A stretch of 64,000 nucleotides of DNA from Macrostomum hystrix (taxonomy: Eukaryota; Animalia; Platyhelminthes), in contig CATNEN010000038.1 of NCBI GenBank assembly GCA_950097015.1, positions 992,001 to 1,056,000 of the forward strand, written 5' to 3'. A model generated the notes under the pieces. That model saw nothing but the letters and a program-made list of their open reading frames with translations, did not search any database and had not been told where the DNA came from. Within the stretch, counting starts at the first letter, position 1; each line of letters opens with the position of its first letter. Positions 34,611-47,100 of this stretch are shown in pieces. The position numbers were made by a program, and so were the translations under genes.

Positions 34611-35144
34611 GGTAATCCATAGGATACGTCCGAAAAATTTTTTTTTATAAAGTCATGCTTTAAAGAAAATTGGCCCTTTAAAATGAAATTATCAGGAAAA
34701 TACTGTTTTGCTGGCTTATTTGTCAGGTAGAATCCAGTGAGATTAATTGGGAAAGTTTAGCATTTGAAGAAGTCAGCAATTGTTAAAAAGCAATAAAAGA
34801 TTTAACAATAAGCACTTAATCCAGTGATTCAACAGTAAAAATAGCACTTTGCATCTGTCAAGAGTGAATGCATAGAGAAAATGTCAATATTACAGGACAG
34901 CTTAAGCACTGAAGGCGTGGCGCAGAAACAATTCACCTGGGTGATCAGAACCGAGCGACACAAGGTTCGGCTGGGATCACAACTGACTGGTTTGACTGCA
35001 GACCTCAAACTGGCCAGCATTCGTCCACCGGCATGAAGCTGCTGTCAGGGAACAGGAAATGACAAGCTTTAAATAACGTGAGGGTGTAAAACTAATTGAA
35101 AAATACTTAATAGTTTAAAGCCTGTGAACATCAGTCGAAACCCT

Positions 35145-35495
35145 AAAACTTCAGCAACCATGAACTGCAGCAACCCTGAACTGCAGCAACCCTGAACTGC
35201 AGCAACCCTGAACTGCAGCAACCCTGAACTGCAGCAACCCTGAACTGCAGCAACCCTGAACTTCAGCAACCCTGAACTTCAGCAACCATGAACTGCAGCA
35301 ACCCTGAACTGCAGCAACCCTGAACTGCAGCAACCCTGAACTGCAGCAACCCTGAACTGCAGCAACCCTGAACTTCAGAAACCCTGAATTTCGGCAACCC
35401 TGAACTGGAGCAACCCTGAACTTCGGCAACCCTGAACTTCAGAAACCCTGAATTTCGGCAACCCTGAACTGCAGCAACACTGAACTTCAGTAACC
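35145..35495. repeat. 16-bp minisatellite (ACCCTGAACTGCAGCA)n
   Basis: Direct periodicity. Confidence 0.9.
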
Positions 35496-35615
35496 CTAAA
35501 TTTTAAGCGACTAAATCCTAAACTCCATTAACGAAGATTATACGTACTTGCTTCACACAGGTGGACTGACACAGATTGTTAACTCTTCCGCAGTCCAAAT
35601 TAGTTTTCTATCATC

Positions 35616-36648
35616 TCAGAAATGCGACTGATCCGACAGACTAACAGCTGCAGCTGGATCTGAATTCTTGTCTCCGGCAATGTTGGGAAGTTCAGTACCA
35701 ACAGCTGCGGCGGCGGCGGCGGCGTAGTCGTCATCGTCCTCATCTTCGCCGATATCCCAGGCGCCGACGCAGGCCGGTGAACCGCAGGCGCAAATCTTTT
35801 GAAGCTGTTCGCGAGACTGTAAAAAAAAGAGACGACAACAACTTGTATAGACCTGAATAGATATTGATATATAGATATATAGAATAGAATAATCTCAAGA
35901 CATCAAGTAGGATAATCTACAGATATAAAGTAGGATAATCTATAGATATCAAGTAGGATAATCTCTATATAATAAATAGGATAATCTCTATATATTAAGT
36001 AGGGTTATCTCAAGATATCAAGAAGGATAATCTCTAGATATCAATTAGGGTTATCTCTAGATGTCGTCAAGGACAGTCTCCTAAATTAAAGGAGAAATCA
36101 ATGCAGTTTCTACAAGGACATGCTAAACTAGTCCTTGTTAAACGTTTTTAAAGTTCGGTCGGTGGACTGGTGGGCCGAAGCACATCTTTTTCTCCCTGGG
36201 CTGAGACTCGAGCTCGCGACATATACAAGCTCCATGGCAACCAAAAAAACTGGCAAAGGTTAGCAAAAGTGCAAGGCCTCACCATCGGAACGGTGACCCG
36301 ATGACTCGGCTGTCTTTCTCTCCTCTGCAGTCGGGCTTCAACAGGCGAGGCGGCATCAGCAGACAGGTCGATTTGTTCCAGAGTCTCCAACAGCCGGTCC
36401 GCATTTACCTGAGATCGCGCAGCCCAATCTTCGGCTTCTCGGTGATCGCAGAACAAACTCGGCGCGCTCCACCTGGACAGCTGCAGCTGATTCTGCTGGC
36501 TGGTATGAATAAAATGCTGACACTCGGCAGTTGGGTTCGGGTGGATCCGAATGCGCAACTGGTCAACCATTGTGCTGGCAATGGCGTTAGCGGCGGCGGA
36601 GGCGGCAGCAGCGGCGGCGACAGCTGTGGCCGAGGGCTGGCCCGTCAT
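35616..36648 (-). CDS. Putative small orphan gene, 2 coding exons (36648-36283, 35816-35616), ~188 aa
   Basis: GC-rich islands in AT-rich surroundings; CCG ATG|gtgagg donor and tttttttacag|TCT acceptor, both phase 0; poly-Ala, acidic run, CACGSPACVG motif; no family recognised. Confidence 0.45.
35890..36065. repeat. 23-bp degenerate minisatellite (GATATCAAGTAGGATAATCTCTA)n in orphan-gene intron
   Basis: Direct periodicity. Confidence 0.8.
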
Positions 36649-36734
36649 TGGCTGCTCTTGAGGATTTTCTGCTGCTATTTTTTAGCAATGCCGATGCGGC
36701 CGGAGGCGAGCTGGAATCAACGGATGAACGGATG

Positions 36735-37845
36735 CGGTGGATTGCTAGTCTATGCTCATTGACAATGCTCACGAGGAATACAGTGGATTGCTAGTCTATG
36801 CTCATTGACAATGCTCACGAGGAATACAGTGGATTGCTAGTCTATGCTCATTGACAATGCTCACGAGGAATACAGTGGATTGCTAGTCTATGCTCATGAG
36901 GAATACAGTGGATTGCTAGTCTATGCTCATTGACAATGCGGATGAGGAATACAGTGGATTGCTAGTCTATGCTCATTGAATATAATCATAAGGAATAGAG
37001 CGGATTGCTAGTCTATGCTCATTGAATATAATCATGAGGAATAGAGCGGATTGCTAGTCTATGCTCATTGAATATAATCATAAGGAATAGAGCGGATTGC
37101 TAGTCTATGCTCATTGACAATGCGGATGAGGAATACAGTGGATTGCTAGTCTATGCTCATTGAATATAATCATAAGGAATAGAGCGGATTGCTAGTCTAT
37201 GCTCATTGAATATAATCATGAGGAATAGAGCGGATTGCTAGTCTATGCTCATTGAATATAATCATGAGGAATACAGTGGATTGCTAGTCTATGCTCATTG
37301 AATATAATCATGAGGAATAGAGCGGATTGCTAGTCTATGCTCATTGAATATAATCATGAGGAATACAGTGGATTGCTAGTCTATGCTCATTGACAATGCT
37401 CAGGAGAAATACAGTGGATTGCTAGTCTATGCTCATTGACAATGCTCACGAGGAATACAGTGGATTGCTAGTCTATGCTCATTGACAATGCTCAGGAGGA
37501 ATACAGTGGATTGCTAGTCTATGCTCATTGACAATGCTCAGGAGGAATACAGTGGATTGCTAGTCTATGCTCATTGACAATGCTCAGGAGAAATACAGTG
37601 GATTGCTAGTCTATGCTCATTGACAATGCTCAGGAGGAATACAGTGGATTGCTAGTCTATGCTCATTGACAATGCTCAGGAGGAATACAGTGGATTGCTA
37701 GTCTATGCTCATTGACAATGCTCAGGAGGAATACAGTGGATTGCTAGTCTATGCTCATTGAATATAATCATGAGGAATAGAGCGGATTGCTAGTCCATGC
37801 TCATTGAATATAATCATGAGGAATACAGTGGATTGCTAGTCTATC
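36735..37845. repeat. 46/48-bp minisatellite (GTGGATTGCTAGTCTATGCTCATTGACAATGCTCACGAGGAATACA)n
   Basis: Direct periodicity, two variants. Confidence 0.95.
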
Positions 37846-38689
37846 CTCGTCAGATAAGAAGATGTGGGCATTTTTATGCAATGATAAAAAACTCTAAAAT
37901 CGAAATAAACAAGGCAAATGACGGTTTAAAGTGGACTAAAAGAGCAGAACAGAAGAGAAAAAGAATGCATTATTTAGTAACTAATGCTACGGAGAATTTA
38001 CTTTGATTACAGTTGCGAGATAAAAAGAGGAACAACTAAAGCTTGCAAATTAGAACTATGGTAGAATGTTACCATTGATTTAAACAAAAAATTAACAATC
38101 GACATACACTACTTGCCACATACAGTAGTTCGCATAAGTGCAGAATTTAAAGAGAATTCGCGAGAAAAAGTACTGATTTTACTGACGGCCTGGGTAGCTA
38201 ACAGCTATTAAAGAGAAAAATGCAAAACAGAAACGTTTAACGCTTCGAACCGATTTACAATAGGCTCACACAATTCACGCAATTGTAGCTACTATGAGAA
38301 TTACAAGTAATTACACAAAAACTCGGCCTTTGTTTTAAAAAATTGACAATAATAATTACGAACATTTTAATAAGGAGATTATAATGAATTACAGAAATAT
38401 AAAATAGCTACAATTAGCTGCCATAATACGAGTCTGTTGCAGAATGCTGCTTCAGGGCATAATATTTCACGAATTTCATGCAAACATGGGCATGTACATG
38501 TACATGGGCATGTTATGAATAGTTCGCATTCTAATATTAAGCCTTTTTACAGGCCATCGGAATAACAGCGCGGCAAAGATAGATGGGGCCATTGTCTCTG
38601 CGGACTGGACACCACGTCTCAAGGACTGAGAACTGACAGCAAAGAAAAAAAGGAAAATTATGGTAAGATAACTTCAAATTAGTCTGGGA

Positions 38690-39895
38690 AATACTAATCC
38701 CAGTCTAATAATCACTATTCCATGTCCAAGGATCACTAATCCCTATTCGATGATCACTAATCCTTATCCAATAATCACTAATCCCTCTCAGAGAGGCACT
38801 TATCTCACTTAAAGAATAACTGATCACTCTCCGAGAATCACTAATCCCTCTTCGGGAATCACTTATCCCATTCGAAGAATCACTAATCCGTTGCCAAGAA
38901 TCACTAATCCTTTTCCAAGAATCACCAATCCTTTTCCGAGAATCACTAATCTCTCTTCGGGAATCACTTATCCCATTCGAAGAATCACTAATCCCTCTCT
39001 AATAATCACTAATCCCTCCCCAAGTACCACTAATCCATCTCTAAGAACCACTAATCCCTCTCCAAGAACCACTAATCCCTCTCCGAGAAATACGAACCCC
39101 TCTCCGAGAACCACTAATCCCTCTCCGAGAACCACTAATCCCCCTCTCCAAGAAATACAAACCCCTCTCCAAGAAAAACTAATCCCTCTCCAAGAAATAC
39201 AAATCCCTCTCCAAGAATCATTAATCCCTCTCCAAGAAATACAATTCCCTCTCTAAGAATCACTAATCCCTCTCCAAGAACCACTAATCCCTCTCCAAGA
39301 AATACAATTCCCTCTCTAAGAATCACTAATTCCTCTCCAAGAACCACTAATCCATCTCTAAGAACCACTAATCCATCTCTAAGAACCACTAATCCATCTC
39401 CAAGAACCACTAATCCATCTCTAAGAACCACTAATCCATCTCCAAGAACCACTAATCCCTCTCCGAGAAATACGAACCCCTCTCCGAGAACCACTAATCC
39501 CTCTCCGAGAACCACTAATCCCCCTCTCCAAGAAATACAAACCCCTCTCCAAGAAAAACTAATCCCTCTCCAAGAAATACAAATCCCTCTCCAAGAATCA
39601 TTAATCCCTCTCCAAGAAATACAATTCCCTCTCTAAGAATCACTAATCCCTCTCCAAGAACCACTAATCCCTCTCCAAGAAATACAATTCCCTCTCTAAG
39701 AATCACTAATTCCTCTCCAAGAACCACTAATCCCTCTCCAAGAACCACTAATCCCTCTCCAAGAACCACTAATCCCTCTCCAAGAACCACTAATCCCTCT
39801 CCAAGAACCACTAATCCCTCTCCAAGAACCACTAATCCCTCTCCAAGAACCACTAATCCCTCTCCAAGAAATACAATTCCCTCTCCAAGAATCAG
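38690..39895. repeat. 21-bp minisatellite (CCAAGAACCACTAATCCCTCT)n with 380-bp block duplication
   Basis: Direct periodicity; identical blocks offset by 380 nt (39135 vs 39515). Confidence 0.95.
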
Positions 39896-40154
39896 TAATT
39901 TGGAATCTTTTCTTGAGGAGAAGTATTTTAAGTTCGTTTGAGATAAACAAACTCATGTCGGATTATCTATCATTCCCACTCGTTAATCCTGATTTATGTT
40001 CGAGTTAGATTGGTTGATTAAACTTCAAATTGGTTGATCAGCATTCAAATGATCTAACCAAGCCAGAAAGGAACTACGAACCCAATGACCCTAAAGCACT
40101 CATTGAGCGTCATTAGCGGGCCCATCTAGCAAGCCTTCTCAAACGAAAAACTGT

Positions 40155-41159
40155 CTAAGAAGCGCCGCGCGACAGAGCTTCAATGGAGCGCAACTTGGCG
40201 GCCCTCCTTGGCCGTCCACTGTCGGCCCCGCTGTCGGCGCTGCTACCCGGCGTAGCCGTAGTTGAAATTGTCGACGGTGACGCAACAACTCGCGCTGAGA
40301 GGCCGACGCGACGCGATTTTTTTGCCGGCGCTGGAGAGTCGGCCGACTCCGACTCGGAGGATTCTTCCGTGGTTGCCGGGGCAACGGCGCGACGCTTTCG
40401 ATTTTCTTGCGATGTGATTGGCGTCACTTTTGATTTAGCCGCCGCCACCGCTATTGATTTCGCCGCCTTCTTTGTTCTATCTGCCGGCGCCTCCTTTGAT
40501 TTAGCTGCCGCCGCCTCCTTTGATTTTGCCGCGGGTGCCTCCTTTGATTTTGCCGCGGGTGCCTCCTTTGATTTTGCCGCGGGTGCCTCCTTTGATTTTG
40601 CCGCGGGTGCCTCCTTCGATTTTGCCGCCGGCGCTTCCTTTGATTTAGCCGCCGGCGCTTCCTTTGATTTTGCCACCGGCGCTTCCTTCGATTTAGCCGC
40701 CGGCGCTTCCTTTGATTTAGCCGCCGGCGCTTCCTTTGATTTAGCCGCCGGCGCCTCCTTTGATTTAACTGATAATGCCGTCTTTGATCTAGCCGCCGGC
40801 AGCTCATCTGGCTTCTCCGGCGAAGATTCTGAATCCGACGAGGACGACGATGAACTACTGCTCGAAGCTGCGGCCATCGAACGGCGACCCCGACCCCTGA
40901 CGGCGCCACGACCGCGACTAGCGACTGGAGCCCGCGCTGACGCTGGCGACGATTTCGAAGACTTGGTTTTTGGTTTATCATCAGCCTTGACAGGAGCTAC
41001 GGCAGGCGAACGGCCATTGTGAGCGGCCTGTTTTGCGCCAGCCATTGGCGATTTTGATGGCGATTTTGACGGCGAAGGCGAGGGCAAAGTTGAGGAAGCC
41101 GCAACAGCTGCTTTGGACATTGTTGACGGCGCGGCGGCTCCAGATGCGGCACTTTTAAC
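40155..41159 (-). CDS. pds5: Pds5 exon 10: basic low-complexity tail with coding 24-bp repeat (AAKSKEAP)n
   Basis: cctgcag|GTT AAA phase 0 matches exon 9 donor; K/A/S-rich, RGRG and GRPRR motifs; TAG at 40155. Confidence 0.75.
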   Translation of the reverse strand, partial: VKSAASGAAAPSTMSKAAVAASSTLPSPSPSKSPSKSPMAGAKQAAHNGRSPAVAPVKADDKPKTKSSKSSPASARAPVASRGRGAVRGRGRRSMAAASSSSSSSSSSDSESSPEKPDELPAARSKTALSVKSKEAPAAKSKEAPAAKSKEAPAAKSKEAPVAKSKEAPAAKSKEAPAAKSKEAPAAKSKEAPAAKSKEAPAAKSKEAPAAKSKEAAAAKSKEAPADRTKKAAKSIAVAAAKSKVTPITSQENRKRRAVAPATTEESSESESADSPAPAKKSRRVGLSARVVASPSTISTTATPGSSADSGADSGRPRRAAKLRSIEALSRGAS

Positions 41160-44100
41160 CTGCAGGAATGAGCAATATTTTCAACTGAGTTGAAGACACG
41201 GCTAAAGCAAAGCACTAATTTATCGTATGGGCCATGCCTTATGACCAAGCCATGCCTTATGACCAAGCAATGCCTTATGACCAAGCAATGCCTTATGACC
41301 AAGCAATGCCTTATGACCAAGCAATGCCTTATGACCAAGCAATGCCTTATGACCAAGCCATGCCTTATGACCAAGCAATGCCTTATGACTGTAATAACTA
41401 AGGCCGAGGCTATTTTTAGTGAGCAGACAAAACTCTCAATCTTTACTGCCACGCTGAGCGCGCGTCCATATATTATTTGCTAGAACTGGGGTGGCGACAC
41501 CCACCCCGCTCCGCAACCAATCAAACGACCCAGGTGTACACCTGGGCCTGGCTCACGTGCGTACGCACACTACATCTCTCCCCCTTCGAACAGAAACTGT
41601 GGGGAGACAAAAAAGAACGAATTCGAGAAGCAAGATGTCGAAAAGAACGAAAAAGAACTCGACCGAAAAAAAATATGCAGCTATTGGAGGAAATAAAACA
41701 CTCGCATTGATAGTCGCATCGGACTTGCAAAGAAAAGCGTGCATGTGATTGTTAATGTCAGTGGAAAAGTCAGTTCGTTTTCAGTCCTTGGTTTAGTCCT
41801 TGTAGATCTTCACGCCACCCCGTGCAGCGCGGGGGTGCGGGCGCAGCGCCACCGGGGATTCGGCCGGGTTCCGCGCCGCCTCGCCTGGAGTTTCTGGCGC
41901 GGCAGCCTGCGGCCTGGCACCAGCGTCGTCTGATTCTGGGGTGACGACCTTGACCGCCGTGCAATGCCGCCAGCAGGCCGCGCCGTCACGACGCAGCATC
42001 AGCGAGTTGCCGGCCACCCGCTGGACTGTCCAGGCGCCGCTCTCGAATGGCGTTTGCGTCTTGCTGGCACCGACTCGCCGTCGCAGCACCGAATCGCCGA
42101 CCTGGATTTCGTGCCGCCGTGGCCGCCTCCTGGCGTCCGCTCGCTGCTTCATCGCGGCCTTGGCGCTCGCATCCATCTCTCGCAGCCGCTGCTCGTTGAT
42201 GCGGACGCGCTGGGATGGCCGGGCGGCGGGGATGACATCATTTGGTCGCCGGCCCATCAGCAGCTCGGCTGGCGCGCGGCCCGTGGCTGTGTGCGGCGTG
42301 TTCCTGTAGGCCAGCAGCCACTCGTCCAGAGCAGCCCTCCAGTCGCGCCGCTCCTCGATTGCCGCCCGCACGACCTTGTTGATTGAGCGGTTCAGCCGCT
42401 CTGTCATGCCGTTGGCGGCTGGGTAGTAAGGCGTGATGAGGCGGTGCTTGATGCCGTAGCTTTCTAGGAAACGGCCAAACTCCTTGGATGAAAATGGCGG
42501 CCCGTTGTCAGTTACGAGCTCCTGCGGGATGCCAAATCGCGCGAACATTTCTCGCAGGCGCGGGACCAGTGCCTCGGCCGTCGTTGTCTGCATGAGCTGC
42601 ACCTCTGGGAATCTCGAGTATCTGTCCACGCACACCAGCAGCATGTTGTTGTTGATCGGGCCTACAAAGTCAGCCCCAATCGACAACCAGGCGCCCTTAG
42701 GGATAGGCGTCGGCTGTAGAGGCGTAGCCCGGACGGCTGGCGTGTGAGACGTGATGGCACAGCTGCGGCACCGACTGACGAACTCCTCCGCTTGTGTTGC
42801 CATTCTCGGCCACCAGACCTTGCTGCTGAGCCTTGCGGTCGTCTTCTGCGAGCACTGGTGTCCTTGGTGCGCCAGCTCGAGCATCTGCTGCCGTAGAGCT
42901 GCTGGCACGACAATCCGCTGATGCCGAAGAAGAACTCCGTCTACCGCCGACAGCTCCTCTCGCAGCGCGTGGAGTGACCGCATCTCAGCGCTAGAGCGGT
43001 CCCATTGGCCGCCTTGCATCGCTGCTATTGCTGCCCGGATAACTGGGTCGCTGGCTGAGCTCTTGCGGATGTCTTCGAGCGTGAGCGCCTTCGGGACAGC
43101 CGCCTGCGCTACCTCGTTTATGTAGGCCTCTCTCAGCTGCTCGCTGGTCCTACTTCCTTCAGCGTTTAGAGGCTGCCTGCTGAGTATGTCTGCAGCATTG
43201 GACGCTCCTGGCTGGTATTCGACCTTGAATACCAGGTGCTGGATACGCAGCGCCATACGCTCGACTCGTGGAGGCGGCCGTGACCCTGGCGCATACATGG
43301 CTGTCAGCGGCTTGTGGTCGGAGATCACCGTGAATTCGGGCGATCCATACAAGTAGTACTCAAACTTCAGGCAGCCGAACTTCACGGCGAGCGCCTCTTT
43401 TTCGGTCTGCGAATATCGCCGCTCTACGTCGGAGAGGGTCCGGCTCGCGTATGCGACTGGCCGCGAACTGCCGTCGTGCTGTACTTGCGCCAGGATTGCG
43501 CCGAGTCCGGTTGGTCCCGCGTCCACAATCAGCTGTGTCCGTAGCCGCTTGTCGTAGAATGCCAGCGTTGTCGGCTCCGCAATGCTGCGCTTTAGCTGCG
43601 CAAAGGCGCTGGCCTGGTCGGCGCCCCACTGCCAGTCGGTGTTCTTCCGGGTCAGGCGTCGCAGCGGCTCCGCCACCTTGGCCAGCTGTGGCGTGAATAC
43701 TGCGAGATAATTCACGAGGCCCAAGAACGATCGAAGTTGGCTTATCGTCTCTGGCACCTTGAATTCTTGAACGGCGGCGACCTTGCTTTCTGTGGCTTGG
43801 ACTCCTTCGGCCGTCAGTCGCATTCCCATAAACTCAATGCTGCTGCGTGCCAACCTGCATTTTCGAGCATTTAGCGTGATGCCGTGTTGCGCCAGGCGGG
43901 CCAGGCAGGCCTCGAGGCTGCTGTTGTGCTCCGCCATCGTGCGGCCGAACACGACCACGTCGTCGTGGATCCATTTTACGTTGGGCAGGCCTGCCAGCAC
44001 TCTGCACATCACGCTCTGTAGGATCTCCTGTGAGGTGGACAGGCCCATGCACAGCCGAGTGAGACGACGAAGTCCTCGGGGTGTCGAGAATGTCAGCAGA

Positions 44101-47100
44101 TTGCGGCATTCCTCTGCTACAGGCACCTGGTAGAACGCCTTCGCGATGTCCAGTTCCGAGAAGACGGTGCTGCCGGCCATGTCTCCCGTCACCTCTTCAA
44201 AAGTCGGAATCTGGTGACGCTCGCGGATGACATAGCGATTGACATCGCGGAGGTCCTGTGTGATCCGCACTTCGCCTGGCTCCTTCTTGGGCACAACGAC
44301 CATCCGCGCGACCCACGGAACTGGTCCGTCGACGGGCTCGATGATTCCGAGCTGCTCCAGTAGCTGCAGCTCCTTGTCCACTGCCTCGGCCAGGTGAATC
44401 GGTACCTTAGACGGTGCGTGACAAACCGGTCGGGCGTTGTCGGTCAGGTGGATGCTGACTGGCGGCCCGGTGAAGCAGCCGATGCCGCTGAGCACGCTGG
44501 AGTACTTGCGCAGTATCCTGCCAAGGGCATCTTGGGGCATTCCACTGGATCTCGTGTTGCCGAGGAGGCTGTCGACAGCCACCTCCGCTTCCGCGACCTG
44601 CAGCACCTGATGATCGACCGTCGGTGGTGGTCCGATCCGCAGGATTTCCATTTGAGTGGCCGTCTGCCTGCCGATGATGGTGATGCCTCTGCCTTCGACA
44701 ACGTGAAATGTGGCGACCGCCCGTCGGCCGAATAAGCGGATGGACATCGCCGCCTTGCCGATGAGTTGCATCGGCCGGTCCGAGCCGTACGCGAACAACC
44801 TGTCAGAGGCTGCTTGCAGACGCGGCCGCTGTTTAAGGCTCTCAAACGTTGCGCGGTTGATCACATTGCGAGCCGCCCCGCTGTCGATCAGCACTGACAG
44901 TCTGGTGCCGTTGATCTCAGCTACTGTGTGGGCGGATTGCTCCTCCTGGTCGACCTTGAATACGCCGGTGTCCGGGTCGTCCACCCTCTCGTAGCTGGTC
45001 TCACCTTGCAGCATCGCGACAGCATTCGAATTGCTTTGGGGCGCCTCCTGCCTGGACCTGCAAGCTCGGGCGAAGTGGCCTGGCTTTCCGCACTTTCTGC
45101 AGCTCTTGCCTTGCGCCGCGGCGCACGTGGAGTGCCCTGGCCTGCCGCACCGATTGCAGCGCACCTGCGGCCCTGGTGGCTGCTCGGCTCTCCGGATGGC
45201 TGCGAGTTGCTGCTGCGGCTCACCTGGCCTGCCGTTCTCCATCGCGCTGGCCTGCTGCTCCGCCGCTTCTTTGGCTCTCGCCTTCCTCAGCACATCTGTC
45301 AGGGTGATGTCTTTGCTCTGTAGGAAGTCTCTCCTCAGCCTCTCGGAGTCACAGTAGGCGACGATTTTGTCTCGGATCAGCGAGTCCTTGATCGCTCCAA
45401 ACTCGCACGGCTCCGCCGCCTTGCGCAGGCGCTGGTACCACTGGTCGATTGTCTCGCCTTGCTGTTGTCTGCAGGTCTCGAACTTGAAGCGGAGGAACAC
45501 GATGCTGTTCTTGCCGTCCCAGAATTCCTGGATATTCTTTGCGAGGCTGCTGTAGTCTTCCCCAGCGTCAATTTCATTCTCTTCGACGATGGTCTGCAGC
45601 TCCTCTCCCGCGGCGTACAACAGCAGGTGCTGCCCTCGCTTTGCGTCATGGATCCCAGCTGCGTTAATGTATGTGGCGAACCGGCGAGCCCATGCAGTCC
45701 AGCGCTGTGCAGTTGAGTGGCAATCGCTATCGATAACAAACTGGCCGGGAGGCGCGAGAGAAATTTGCTCAGTCATGGTGCACTAGGGGTTCGGGGCTTG
45801 CGATGCCATTGTAATAACTAAGGCCGAGGCTATTTTTAGTGAGCAGACAAAACTCTCAATCTTTACTGCCACGCTGAGCGCGCGTCCATATATTATTTGC
45901 TAGAACTGGGGTGGCGACACCCACCCCGCTCCGCAACCAATCAAACGACCCAGGTGTACACCTGGGCCTGGCTCACGTGCGTACGCACACTACAATGACC
46001 AAGCAATCTCTTATGACCAAGCAATGCCTTATGACCAAGCAATCTCTTATGACCAAGCAATGCCTCATGACCAAGCAATGCCTCATGACCAAGCAATGCC
46101 TCATGACCAAAGCCAAGTCTTATGACCAAGCAATGCCTTATCATGCAAACATGACTTTTGCTCATATCATAAAATATCACTAGACCTCGTTTTTATGACC
46201 ACACAAAATCTAAATTAATTCCTAATTAATCAGATCATGGCAAATAACCAGACCATGGCAAATGATCAGATCATGGCAAATGACCAGATCATGGCAAATG
46301 ATCAGATCATGGCAAATGATCAGATCATGGCAAATGACCAGATCATGGCAAATGACCAGATCATGGCAAATAACCAGAACATGGCAAATGATCAGATCAT
46401 GGCAAATGACCAGATCATGGCAAATGACCAGATCATGGCAAATGATCAGATCATGGCAAACGACCGGACCACGCTTTATTACCTGGCTATGTCTAATGAC
46501 TAGACCAGACATATCTTACGGATAAGCCGGTTCGACTCAAATTTAACTTAAATTAAAATGTGACTAATGCCAAAAACTATCAGTAAAAAATAAAAATCAC
46601 CTTAGTAGCCGGTGTACTCTTAACCAGCGTTGGCGACGGCGAGCGGTCGATGGCGGCCTGACCGGCAGTCCGCTTGCCAGGCCGAATCCGATCCTTGGGA
46701 ATGAGGCCCTGCTTAACAGCTGTCGGATTTTTTGGCGGGCTGAACTGCAGCCCGGCTGGCAGGTTGGCGAACTCCGGCGATGCGTTGACCTCGCGACTGG
46801 CTGGGAACTGGTACAGCCGCTTGGGTAGCTGCGGCTCGATGGGATAGCTGGATATGGAAAAGTTTGCACTTTTAGTAACGATGAGGCCCAGGGCTAGATC
46901 GGCGACAGCGTGCAGCTTCCTATTGGCCAATTCGTCGTCTGGTCGCTGGGCGTCGCAGGCCTGGCGCATTTTCTCCAGCATGCGACGAAGGAAGCCGAAA
47001 TTCTCGCCTTTGGCAATGAGCGGTTCTAGCAGAAAGCGGAGGCCGGACTTCAGTCTGGCGTGGGATTGTGCGATAGAAAACCAGGGATAAACAAAGAGTG

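Noticed and set aside
41941-45786. Numerous short overlapping ORFs within the retrotransposon
   Set aside because: Shadow ORFs of a GC-rich gag-pol; no env-like or extra gene evident
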